Part shown: one piece after another, positions 26,466 to 37,954 of the stretch
Numbering within the stretch: the first letter of the stretch is position 1
How the letters are laid out: the number at the start of each line of letters is the position of its first letter
From: Antedon mediterranea
Taxonomy: Eukaryota > Animalia > Echinodermata
DNA length: 64,000 nt
Direction of reading: 5' to 3'
NCBI RefSeq assembly: GCF_964355755.1
Contig: NC_092670.1
Location: forward strand, 27,080,795-27,144,794
Made by a program: the position numbers and the translations under genes
The notes under the pieces: generated by a model
Seen by the model: only the letters and a program-made list of their open reading frames with translations
Database searches by the model: none
Told to the model about the DNA's origin: nothing

Positions 26466-28300
26466 TTTAGATACTTGGTTTTGCATACAGATTTCTGTTG
26501 AAGCATGTTTTAGTGTTGTTTTGAATTGGTTGATCTTTGATGAATAAATTGAAATGGACATTCATTAAAAAATGAAAAGTTGTATATAGTGCTTTTCTAT
26601 TACGGTTTATTGTTGGTGAGATGACCACAGAGTAGCTTTCAATATCTCACAATAATCTCGTAACCACGTATTACGAGATGAAATGGAAAGATTAAACGAG
26701 TACTTACCTAAGTATGAAGTTTGGTCTTCATTTCATGAAGTAATGGTAGTGGGTAGAGATTATGTGCCCGTCCTCGCCCACCCTTTACTTTCGCATAAAA
26801 TATTTTATTAAATTTCATCGTTTAATTGGTGTTTATTACTCTGTGGTAATCTCAAGTTCAAGTCTGCTCTACGCATGCCCTAGGCTCGTATCTCACATAA
26901 TCTTATATTCTTATATTTATTTGCTCAATTCATTATCTTTCGAAATTGTCATCTTTGAGTTTATTTTGATAATTCCATCATACCAAAAAATTAGAACATG
27001 ATGTATGTCCCGTAATTCCACCTATGCTACACTGTATATATATACAGTATATACTGTACATATTGTATATGGCATTATAATAGGCACAACTCAGCACTAT
27101 AAGCGTATGCATCATGTCATAGGATGGCGTACATCAACTTTTTACGATCGTATGTTAACGTACATGCATGTTTAAAAAGTGTTAATTTCATTAAAATGAT
27201 AAAAATGATCACCTATAATTCGTCAAAGTGACGAATTAAATTCTAGTTTTCTTGTTTAGTCTTGTATTTTTATATTTAATGTTTCTCTTTTTATTTCATT
27301 TACATTATACTGTTTTATAAATTTGTACTGTATTTGGAAAGCAATAAATATTACTTACTTACTTACTTACTTATGGATAGTGTTTCAAAAAACATACATT
27401 TTTTTTTATTTATACAGTTTTTCAGGTAAGTAATACGTTTCATTATTTTTATACATAATTATTGTTTATAGCATTGATAATGTATTTTCTTATATTTTTT
27501 TCATTTATAAAGAGATGATGAAGAGAGGCATATTCCATTTATTTAGTTGTTTTAATACATTAGCTTTGTATATGCTAACTGTAGCAAACCAATTGAAAAC
27601 ACATGATCTACATATGGATTTCCAGTGCCAAGTATTATATTTTTTAAATTTGCCTCGATATCGAATTTAGTTAGTGTATGCTCATTTATGTAAAGCCACA
27701 AATTATTTGCTTCCGCGCATTAAAAAAATAAATGTGCATCATCTTCAACACAGTTGCATTGTGGACATTTGTTTATGTTTACAATTTTCCATATACATAA
27801 CCTCTTTCTAGTTGGAATAATCCTATGTAGTAACTTAGGTCGTGTTTATACAACACCCTAAATTTGAACACGGCTTTAATTTTTAGCGTGTTGTTCGCAC
27901 CGAGGTCAACCCACCTTAACGTTTGCTGTTATACTAGAAATCACGATACCATGTTGTACCGGAAGTTTCATCAACACGCAGTGCATGCTAGGATAAAAGG
28001 TCAAATTGTTGATCGCTTGAATTGGCTGGGTTGTCAACAATCATCGTCGCCTCCTCGCTGTCCGGTGTATTCGCGCGGTTCTTACCATTTTCATTATTGT
28101 ATTCGTTCACGTTTGCATTGTTGTTTATTTTGTTCTCGGTTCATTTAAATTAATAAAAGTTATTTTAAGGGTTTCATTGTTTCATCTATACACTATGGAA
28201 GAAGATGCCATTTTTGCGATGTTATTTTTTATTCTGTTTGGAGTGGGAAACGATAGAGGCCTACTACCACTACGAGTTGGCCCCACTAGGCTAGGCGTAA

Positions 28301-28479
28301 AGCTTGGTTCCCACTAGAACGTAATGCAAGGACGTAAACGCAACGCAAGCGTTTTAACCAATGACAAGCGAAGTTATAGACAGTTAGCAATCACAAGCGA
28401 ATAAGCCATCGATTGTGATTGGTCAATTCACTTGCGTTGCGTTACGTCCTTGTGTTGCGTCGCTAGTGGGAACCACGCT
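28301..28479. mobile_element. PIF/Harbinger (Tourist-like) MITE
   Basis: TIR AGC(T/G)TGGTTCCCACTAG with TAA TSD. Largely palindromic. Confidence 0.88.
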
Positions 28480-28699
28480 TAAGACGTGGTAGGAGGATGA
28501 TTGCTGGCAGTGAAGCAGCAATAAATGGGCCCAATCTTGTTAGCAACGTCGCATGACATGATTGATATTACGACCTGTTTTAACGAGAGGTCAAAATATA
28601 CCCTGAGGACACTTCCAACACGGTAATGGCGACCAGGAATCCACCAAATTTTAGGATTCAGCCAAGTAGCCTTTTTTGCAATTAAAATCTCATTACACG

Positions 28700-31600
28700 G
28701 AATCTCTTTGTTGTTATACAACACACTTTTAAAGTTAATTTGTTTAAGCTTGTTTTCCTTTATTAATTTTATTTTACGCTCCCAGGTTAATTTCCAATCA
28801 ATTGTAGTATTAAAGTACAACTGCCATTTTATTTGACATTTTGGTTCTATACCTTTTTTTCTAATAAAACAGTTATATATTTGCTTACTTGTTATTTTAC
28901 ATAATTTAGTAGTAGGCTGAACCTTGTCCTGTATTGTATTTTCATTTTTTGACTTAATAACGTCTTTCCATTCCATGGCTTGTAGTAAGTAATAAAATTC
29001 TGCTATCCAATTTGATTTTGAAATTAGAATTTCAAGTAACATATTCGAATTAATGAATCTATTACCTAAAACAATATCTTTTATTTTTCTAATACCGGAT
29101 CTTATCCAGTTTCTATACAGTAGTGATAGGCTGTAACTTATAAATTTATTTCCCCAAATGTTTTGTTCTAATATTTCATCATAGCCTGATGGCCATTTTA
29201 ATACAATTTCATTATATTTAGTTAATGCATTTAATACATCTAGATAAAAACTAGGTATACCTTTATAACATTTTATATCATAGTGAGACATATTTTCAAG
29301 GACATCTAGAGGTCCGATATTATTTAAATACATAGTCGGTAAGTATTTCCACTTTGAAGTGCTTGCATCTGCAATTTTAGATCCGGTGCCTTTATTCCAC
29401 CATGACAATATTCATTTATAAGTGTTGACCTTTTTATTTTTTCTCCTTTTTTATCCCATAGAAAATCATATACTATGTTATCAACTTGTTTTATGACATA
29501 TTCAAATACTTGCCATGTGAATCAGTTTTTCTAAAGCTAGTTGTTTCAAGATTACAACTTTTTCGCCAAGAATTGAGTATATGTTTCAGTGATTCCATTT
29601 TTTCGGTCCAGTTTTTTGTATAACACAAAGCTTTATCATGGCCTACGAATACAAAAAGTATTTTAAAACCACAAGATGTCCGGTTGATATTGAAAAGATT
29701 AAATTTCCTCATTTTCCATCTTCCTAGCCACATGGCAATTGTTTTTCCTTTATTTAGTTGTATACCTGAGATTTTGCCAAAATCTATTATTGTATCTAAG
29801 CTTCTTTTAATACTATATTCATCTTTAATAATAATCGGCTAGCTGAGATATTTTCAATTCATTTATATGATTCTCTTTATTTGGTATCACAGTACCTTTT
29901 ATAAAAATTATCATTCCTTATTTCTAAGGCCATGATTTCCGTTACCATGACAAAAAGTAGAGCTGATAGTGGGCAGCCCTGTCTAATGCCTCTATCGGCC
30001 GTATCCTTAAACCAGACTTTAGTCGTAGTTCGAGCTAAAACTTAAAAAATGACGTCATTTTAATTCATAAACCTAACTTCAACTAAATCGCCGACTAATT
30101 CAGGCCAACCCTGACTAAATCGAGACGGATTTTGATCGATTTTTTTAGTCCTGGAGGGGGCAGGCTAAATGGTCGACTAAATGGTTTTTAAACGATGTTT
30201 ATGGAAAACGTAACAGTCATTGAGTTGTTATATTGGTCAGATATTGAAGAATGAAATATCTATTTTTATATTAGTTTAATTAAATATACATTGGTATAAG
30301 TTATAATAATGAAAATCATCTTTATTTACAACCGTATACAAATTACATTATTTTCTTCGCGCAAGTCCGACTTGAACTACGTCACGCCATAGCGACAATG
30401 GCAGATGCGGGAATTCACCACGCGATGGAATGTTTAGGGGGCCTAGCGCTTTCTTGTCACGCTATGAAGTGTGTGGTTCGTCGCGATCATACTTTGTTGG
30501 AGCCCTAGAAAATATGAAAGTTACGGTACCGCCATGGTTCCTAATTATATTTCGAAGATTTTGTTTGTTGTTAATCAAAAGTACTTCACTGTTAAATTAA
30601 TACTGATCTTGTTCTAATAATTAACGATTCAAATTATTTTTCATGTATATAGTCCTGATGCGTAAAAAGTGTTGTAAGAAAATGGAAAGTGATATCAATG
30701 CGCAAAATTTCGTCTGCTCCTCAAATACTCTGTTGTCATTGGCCAATGTATAGCCTTTGTTACCCAGACGTGTGCAACTCGACTAAAAGCTCGACTTCAT
30801 TAAGTCGAACTGCAAACTTCGACTACTTCGTTTTTTAATCGAATTTAAAGTAATAGCTCGAACTACGACTTTTTCAAGTCGAACTTCGAACTACAACTAA
30901 AGTCCGGTTTAAGAATATGGGCGTATGTGTAATGAAGCTGTTTGAAACCCATCCATTGTTTACTACAATACATTCTGAGTGGTAATATAGGACATTTACC
31001 CATTTTTTAAATGATGGACCAAAGTTGAAGTGACGTAATGTACTAAATAACAAATCTCTACTTACAGTATCGAAAGCTTTGCTAAAATCTAGGCTTTTAA
31101 ATGGCTCCTGATAAATTTTCAGAATCAGAATATTCAAGTAAATCTTCTATTAGCCTGATATTTTCGCCGCCAAAGATTAGATTATCATGCTCTCCTTTTT
31201 TATAGATAAGGTTAATCACACCTCTTCTCTGGGTATATGATAGATTGCCTATCTCGAAGCATTGGTTTGTTACATACGAGAAAACCAATTTTTGGCAAAA
31301 AAAATTTATAAAATTCTACAGTTAGGCCATCTGTACCGGGTGCTTTATTAATTTTCATTTTACGTAGTGCTTTTTCACATTCTTGAATGGATATTGCACA
31401 TTCGCAGGACAGTTGTTCAGGGATTGAAAGTTTGGGTGATTTGTTTGATTTTAAATAATTATCAATTTTAAGTTGTTCAACGTTTTGATTGGAATACAAC
31501 TTTTCAAAGTGGCTAACTTCTTCAGCTAGTATATCTTTAGTAGTTAAAGCATATGTATCATTTGCTCCTTTAATTTTTTTAATTTGTCTTTTTCTACTCC

Positions 31601-31781
31601 TTCTTCTATCCATTTTGTTCTTGACCGGATTTGAGCACCTTTGGCTTCATAAGTATATATTTTTTCTAATTTTTGTGTTTTTGTTTTTAATTCTAATTCG
31701 ATTTTTTCGTCATTTTGACCGGTTACCAGATCAATATTTAGTTGATTGATTTCTTTTTGTAATTTTTCTTTTTCACTCTTT
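28700..31781 (-). pseudogene. Tx1/L1 ORF2 RT and C-terminal segment, heavily frameshifted
   Basis: NKAPGTDGLTVEFY, RRGVINLIYKKG, DFSKAFD, GIRQGCP, IPSFY..L, QNIWGN. Confidence 0.88.
29996..30923. mobile_element. PIF/Harbinger-type MITE inside the Tx1 RT
   Basis: ~38-bp TIR with TAT TSD. Removing it restores FITHRGIRQGCP. Confidence 0.9.
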
Positions 31782-32193
31782 TTACTCGGGGTACCCGAGT
31801 CTAGGACTTACTCATTTTCTCCTCCTCTTCCTCCATCTGAACACTATTGAGTAAAAAGTGCGTTTTTTAAAGTACTACTCCTCCCTTATTAGTTGTAGTA
31901 TTGAGCTGGGATTTGGCATGAATATACTACAGGGACATGTCCTCAAATCTATAGAGCCGGATTTTTTAATTTCAAACCGGATGCAGCCATATGACGTCTC
32001 GAAGATGGTACCATATAGCCGTATTTGGTAGGTTATTGATGTGTATGTGACGTCACATCCCGTCTTAAGACGTCATTACAGCTTAATTTGCTGTACCCCG
32101 AGTATCGCACATTCGTGCTTTTTTGTTAATTAATTTGTTTAATTAAGAAGCCACAATGTGTGACACACCACACAGCGTAATGTAGTTATATGC

Positions 32194-32266
32194 GGCTTCT
32201 TGGCGTAGTGGTTATCACGTTTGCTTAACACGTAGAAGGTACCTGGTTCGAGCCCGGGTGAAACCT
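32194..32266 (+). tRNA. tRNA-Val(AAC)-like, type 1 copy 1, probable pseudogene
   Basis: A box TGGCGTAGTGG, anticodon loop TT-AAC-AC, B box GGTTCGAGCC, T-run terminator. Stem mismatches present. Confidence 0.8.
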
Positions 32267-32480
32267 TTTTTTTTAACTTTATGGTGAAAAGTACTGTATA
32301 CGCAATATGATAATTATACACAGTATATCTTATTTTTATTATTTTTTTAAATAACTATTTTGTGTAATCGGTAATTATCACTTTTACACATGTTTATTTT
32401 GCTTTGTGCTTATTACCATATTTATTCTGTAATGTAAATGGATTAAAAAACTTTGTGTAACCCACATTTTTAGTGCAAGA

Positions 32481-32555
32481 GGTTTCGTAGTGTAGTGGTT
32501 GTCAAGTCTGCTTAACAACACGCAGAAGGTCCCGGTTCGAGCCCTGGCGAAACCT
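32481..32555 (+). tRNA. tRNA-Val(AAC)-like, type 2 copy 1, pseudogene
   Basis: Acceptor GGTTTCG/CGAAACC and anticodon stem TCTGC/GCAGA. AAC is duplicated in the loop and the T arm is shortened. Confidence 0.8.
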
Positions 32556-33036
32556 ATTTTTCTTTAACTTTATGGTGAAATATACTGTACGTAATATGAT
32601 AGAGTATATCTCGTTTTATTACTTGGGGTACCTGAGTCTATAGGACTCTCTCATCTTTTCCTCTTCTTCTACCATCCAGACACTATTGAGCAAAAAGTGC
32701 GATTTATAAAGTACCACTCCTCCCTTATTCGTTGTAGTATTGAGCTCGGATTTAGCATGAATATACTACAGGGACATGTCCTCAAAGCTATAGAGCCGGA
32801 TTTTTTAATTTCAAACCGGATGCAGCCATATCACGTCTCGAAGATGGTACCGTATAGCCGTATTTGGTAGCGCGGTTATTGATGTGTATGTGACGTTACA
32901 TCCGGTCTTATGATGTCATTACAGCTTCTTTCGCTGTACCCCGAGTATTGCACATTCGTGCTTTTTTGTTAATTAATTTGTTTAATTAAGAAGCCACAAT
33001 GTGTGACACACCACACAGCGTAATGTAGTTATATGC

Positions 33037-33109
33037 TGCTTCTTGGCGTAGTGGTTATCACGTTTGCTTAACACGCAGAAGGTACCTGGTTCGAGCCCGG
33101 GCGAAACCT
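33037..33109 (+). tRNA. tRNA-Val(AAC)-like, type 1 copy 2
   Basis: As copy 1. Anticodon stem TTTGC/GCAGA. Acceptor mismatches. Confidence 0.8.
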
Positions 33110-33324
33110 TTTTTTTTTAACTTTATGGTGAAAAGTACTGTATACGCAATATGATAATTATACACAGTATATCTTATTTTTATTATTTTTTTAAATAACT
33201 ATTTTGTGTAATCGGTAATTATCACTTTTACACATGTTTATTTTGCTTTGTGCTTATTACCATATTTATTCTGTAATGTAAATGGATTAAAAAACTTTGT
33301 GTAACCCACATTTTTAGTGCAAGA

Positions 33325-33399
33325 GGTTTCGTAGTGTAGTGGTTGTCAAGTCTGCTTAACAACACGCAGAAGGTCCCGGTTCGAGCCCTGGCGAAATCT
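33325..33399 (+). tRNA. tRNA-Val(AAC)-like, type 2 copy 2, pseudogene
   Basis: Same AAC duplication as copy 1. Confidence 0.8.
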
Positions 33400-34218
33400 A
33401 TTTTTCTTTAACTTTATGGTGAAATATACTGTACGTAATATGATATAGAGTATCTCGTTTTATTACTCGGGGTACCTGAGTCTATGACTCTCTCATCTTT
33501 TCCTCTTCTTCTACCATCCAGACACTATTGAGCAAAAAGTGCTATTTATAAAGTACTACTCCTCCCTTATTCGTTGTAGTATTGAGCTCGGATTTAGCAT
33601 GAATATACTACAGGGACATGTCCTCAAAGCTATAGAGCCGGATTTTTTAATTTCAAACCGGATGCAGCCATATCACGTCTCGAAGATGGTACCGTATAGC
33701 CGTATTTGGTAGCGCGGTTATTGATGTGTATGTGACGTTACATCCGGTCTTATGACGTCATTACAGCTTCATTTGCTGTACCCCGAGTATCGCACATTCG
33801 TGCTTTTTACTCGGGGTACCCGAGTCTAGGACTTACTCATTTTCTCCTCCTCTTCCTCCATCTGGACACTATTGAGTAAAAAGTGCGATTTTTAAAGTAC
33901 TACTCCTCCCTTATTAGTTGTAGTATTGAGCTGGGATTTGGCATGAATATACTACAGGGACATGTCCTCAAATCTATAGAGCCGGATTTTTAAATTTCAA
34001 ATCGGATGCAGCCATATGACGTCTAGAAGATGGTACCATATAGCCGTATTTGGTAGGTTATTGATGTGTATGTGACGTCACATCCCGTCTTAAGACGTCA
34101 TTACAGCTTCATTTGCTGTACCCCGAGTATCGCACATTCATGCTTTTTTGTTAATTAATTTGTTTAATTAGGAAGCCACAATGTGTGACACACCACACAG
34201 CGTAATGTAGTTATATGC

Positions 34219-34291
34219 GGCTTCTTGGCGTAGTGGTTATCACGTTTGCTTAACACGTAGAAGGTACCTGGTTCGAGCCCAGGCGAAACTT
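34219..34291 (+). tRNA. tRNA-Val(AAC)-like, type 1 copy 3
   Basis: A/B boxes, TT-AAC-AC loop, T-run. Confidence 0.8.
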
Positions 34292-34511
34292 TTTTTTTTA
34301 ACTTTATGGTGAAAAGTACTGTATACGCAATATGATAATTATACACAGTATATCTTATTTTTATTATTTTTTTAAATAACTATTTTGTGTAATCGGTAAT
34401 TATTATTATTACTTTTACACATGTTTATTTTGCTTTGTGCTTATTACCATATTTATTCTGTAATGTAAATGGATTAAAAAACTTTGTGTAACCCACATTT
34501 TTAGTGCAAGA

Positions 34512-34584
34512 GGTTTCGTAGTGTAGTGGTTGTCAAGTCTGCTTAACACGAAGAAGGTCCACGGTTCGAGCCCTGGCGAAACCT
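34512..34584 (+). tRNA. tRNA-Val(AAC)-like, type 2 copy 3
   Basis: Perfect acceptor stem and a normal 7-nt loop TT-AAC-AC. Mismatches in the D, anticodon and T stems. Confidence 0.8.
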
Positions 34585-34738
34585 ATTTTTCTTTAACTTT
34601 ATGGTGAAATATACTGTACGTAATATGATATAGAGTATATCTCGTTTTATTACTCGGGGTACCTGAGTCTAGGACTCTCTCATCTTTTCCTCTTCTTCTA
34701 CCATCCAGACACTATTGAGCAAAAAGTGCGATTTATAA

Positions 34739-35557
34739 AGTTTTCCTCTTCGGCATTGCCGAATTATTGTTACTCCATCTCCATTGCTACAACACACGTC
34801 GCGGAATAATATCGCTTAACTTAACGATGTAATTTGACCACCCAAAGCTCGCACGTGGCGTGACGAATTGAGAACGACGAACCCGATGATATGCATGATT
34901 GGCCACCAGGGAGCCGAGTCGACCACGAGTTGGAACTGTAGGCAACCGAGCGACGCTCGGTCGTCGTCGGCGGCTGCACTTACTGAACTCTGTCATATTT
35001 TATAAAGGAAAACTGTAAACAACATCGTCGATTTGTGAAAATGGCCCCTTGTTTTTTCTAGGCCTACCTAGTAGTAGTATACCTGTTTAGCGTACTTTAT
35101 TTACTTGCGAAAAACGTTGTTTGAATTTTATCGGTAGCCTAGGCTATCTAATAAATATAGAAATAAATATGATCTTATGTTCTAGCTCCTACTACTTATT
35201 AATAATTATTACTACTAGACTAGGCCTATCTAATGGCTGGTGCTAGCTAGAGGCCTAGCCCTAGGCCAGAGCCTACGTACGTATTTGTTGTAATGACAAT
35301 TTAAATGTTTTATTTAGCTCTATTCTACTCATTACTGCTATTATAATTTATAAAATGGCCTAGTTTGTTCGTATATGATTCGTATACGATATTCTTATCA
35401 TGAATAAACAACGTATACGTTACGTATGCTAAACGTATACGACGCCAACTCTTTGTGGAGCAACAGAGTGGAAATAATGTAAACAGTGAAATCGTATACG
35501 ATCCGTATACGTCGTATACGTTTTCAGCGTATACGGATCGTATACGGCTTTTTTGCA
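34739..35557 (-). mobile_element. unclassified DNA element with TGCAAAAAAGCC terminus and CGTATACG repeats, one end only
   Basis: Reverse complement of 58020-58770 plus 59948-60010. Abuts the Gypsy integrase C-terminus. Confidence 0.75.
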
Positions 35558-35559
35558 AA

Positions 35560-37950
35560 GGGTTATGCCGCTTTCTTTTACAAGGACCATGTCGCCAACT
35601 TCAATTTTTTTCTTTCGAGGTTTCTTTCGTCTCTCTGCGTAGTCCTTCATTTTTTATTTTTGTGCGTTATCTTTGTCCCTGACTGCATTCTGATTGATAC
35701 TTGATTGTTTGATTGTTTCTGGGAGTCTTACTTTGAAGGTATGTCTAAAAATCAGAGATGCTGGAGGTTTGCCTGAGGTATTGGTTGAGTGATTGTTTAT
35801 AGTTAACACCTTCGGCCACTGCGGTTTTGTAGACCTTTTTCAGATTACGCATTACTCTTTACACCTCTCCGTTTGCTTGCGGCCATAGTGGAGTTATTTT
35901 GCGGTGATGAGTGCCAAGGTACTTTGTGAATTGAGAAAACTTGTGACTGTTGAATGGTGGTCCATTGTCGGTGCGAATTATACTGGGTATTCCAAAATTA
36001 GCGAATACTGTGTCTATCTTGGGAATAACTGTCTTCGCTGATGTTGATTTAACAACTTCCACTGTGATGAATCTGCTATAGTCATCGAGAATCACTAGAA
36101 GATGCTCGCCGGTAGGGAGGTCTTTAAAGTCAATACTAATTTCCTCCCATGGTCCGTTAGGAAGTTTCGACATCTGAAGCGGTTCATTGTGGTTCTTTTC
36201 AGTCACCGTCGCTTGACATGGTATGCAGTGTTTTACTTTTGATTCGACCAAGCGGTCTATTCCGGGAAACCATATTTTTTTCTCGGAGGAGTTGCTTTGT
36301 CTTTACTATGCCCTGATGTCCTTCGTGGGCGATGTCTATTACTGTGTTTCTAAGTGCCTTGGGTATGACTATGCGGTGATCGCGTAGGAGTATGTTGTTT
36401 TTTTTTGGTCGAATGTTAGCTGATTGCGAACTTTGTGCATGCACTGGAGATCGGAATGGAGGTCATCTTGAACTTTTAGAGCCTCGTGCCATTTGTTGCG
36501 ACTGATGGCCTTAATGCATGTTTGTATGAGACCATCGTTTGCCGTTTCACGTCGAACTTGTTCCAGAGTAAGTGATTTAGGGATTGCGTTGTTTGTTACA
36601 AGATTGACGTGTTCTTCTGCTATGATGTCCAGTTTTGTCTTGTCGCTCATTGTAAGGCTGTGTCTTGACATAGTCAGCTGGATTTGTATTGCCTGGTTGG
36701 TACTTCAGGGTGTAGTCGTAGGCTTGGATTTTTAATATCCATCTTTCGATACGTGGTGTGGGTTTCGATGCGGGATTATTGAATAGCGTAAGAAGCGGTT
36801 TGTGATCTGTCACTACATCGAACTCGCTGCCACATAAGTACAAGTGAAAGTGTTGGATTCCCCATATGACTCCTAGTGCTTCACGCTCTATTTGAGAGTA
36901 CCTAGTTTCGCCATTTTTAAGCGCGCGACTCGCGTATGCTAGCGGTTGACCGTTTTGGCTCAGTATGGCCCCGAGTCCACTTGGACTCGCATCGGTTATG
37001 ATCGTTGATTTCTTTTCTGGATCAAAGTAGGCCATGACGTGCGAGCTGGTTAGCGTTTTCTTTAGTTTGTCGAATGCCTGCTGTTCTTCTTCACCCCAGA
37101 ACCATGGTGTGTTTTTGTGAGTGAGTTTTCTGAGCGGTGTTATGGTAGCATAGTTTGGAATGAATCTAGCAACGTATTGTGTCATGCCTAGGAGCGATCG
37201 CGTTTGTTCTTTAGAAGTCGGTGCTGCAGCCTTTTGGAGTGAGACAATCTTTTTAGGATCTGGTGATACTCCGGTATCGCTAAATATGTGTCCGTAGAAT
37301 TCAACGCTGCGTTTGAAGAATTCGCACTTAGCTTTATTTAAGGTAAGGTTTTTATCTCTTAGTCTTTCCATACAGGCTTTGAGATTGCTTGCATGTTCGG
37401 CTTCAGTGTTACCAAACACTAGTATGTCATCACTTATATTTATGACTCCTTTTAGTCCACCTAGTGCAGACTGAATGACGTTTTGAAATTTTTCTGCTGC
37501 TGAACAAACTCCAAAGCTTAGTCGTTTATACCTGAAAAGGCCAACGTGTGTTGAGAAGACAGTAATGTATCGCGACTTTGGCGCTAGCATTACCTGATGA
37601 TAGCCTGCGTTCTTATCGATCTTTGAAAACATCATGGCTCCATTTAGTTTGCCGATTTTATGTCGTCGATTGTCGGTGTCACGTGTCTCTCTCTGCTTAT
37701 AGCTTTGTTCGCAGCCCTCATATCAACGCAAATGCGAATTTCGTTAGGTTTCTTAGGCTTTGCTACAACAGTTATTGGTGAAATCCATGGAGTAGGTTCG
37801 TTGTCAACTGGTTCAATGATATCTATACTCCTGTATATCGTTTCAGTTCGCTTTCAACCTTCTTCCTTAAATGAAACGGTATCCTGCGATGCGATTGAGC
37901 CACAGGTTGTATTTCAGTATTTATGTGTAGATTGCACATAGTGTCGTTAA
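35560..37950 (-). pseudogene. Gypsy RT, RNase H and integrase, frameshifted
   Basis: ORFs 36577-37635, 36369-36671, 36199-36444 and 35859-36251 carry the canonical motifs. Confidence 0.92.
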
Positions 37951-37954
37951 GCTT

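Larger units (their letters stand above)
22005..26903 (+). mobile_element. DIRS1-like tyrosine-recombinase retrotransposon, right end truncated
   Basis: gag, RT/RNaseH/MTase and YR ORFs. The left terminus 22011-22077 is complementary to an internal region (26643-26684) and to the right ITR (26864-26903). Confidence 0.95.

Noticed and set aside
32139-34346. Twin 60-aa ORFs (32139..32321 and 34164..34346)
   Set aside because: Antisense translations of the tRNA cassette.
32194-34584. tRNA-derived SINEs
   Set aside because: Full-length tRNA bodies end at T-run terminators with shared upstream flanks. There is no SINE body, tail or individual TSD.
31782-34741. Native tRNA cluster targeted by a site-specific Tx1 element
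   Set aside because: The geometry is the reverse: the tRNA array lies inside Tx1 ORF2.
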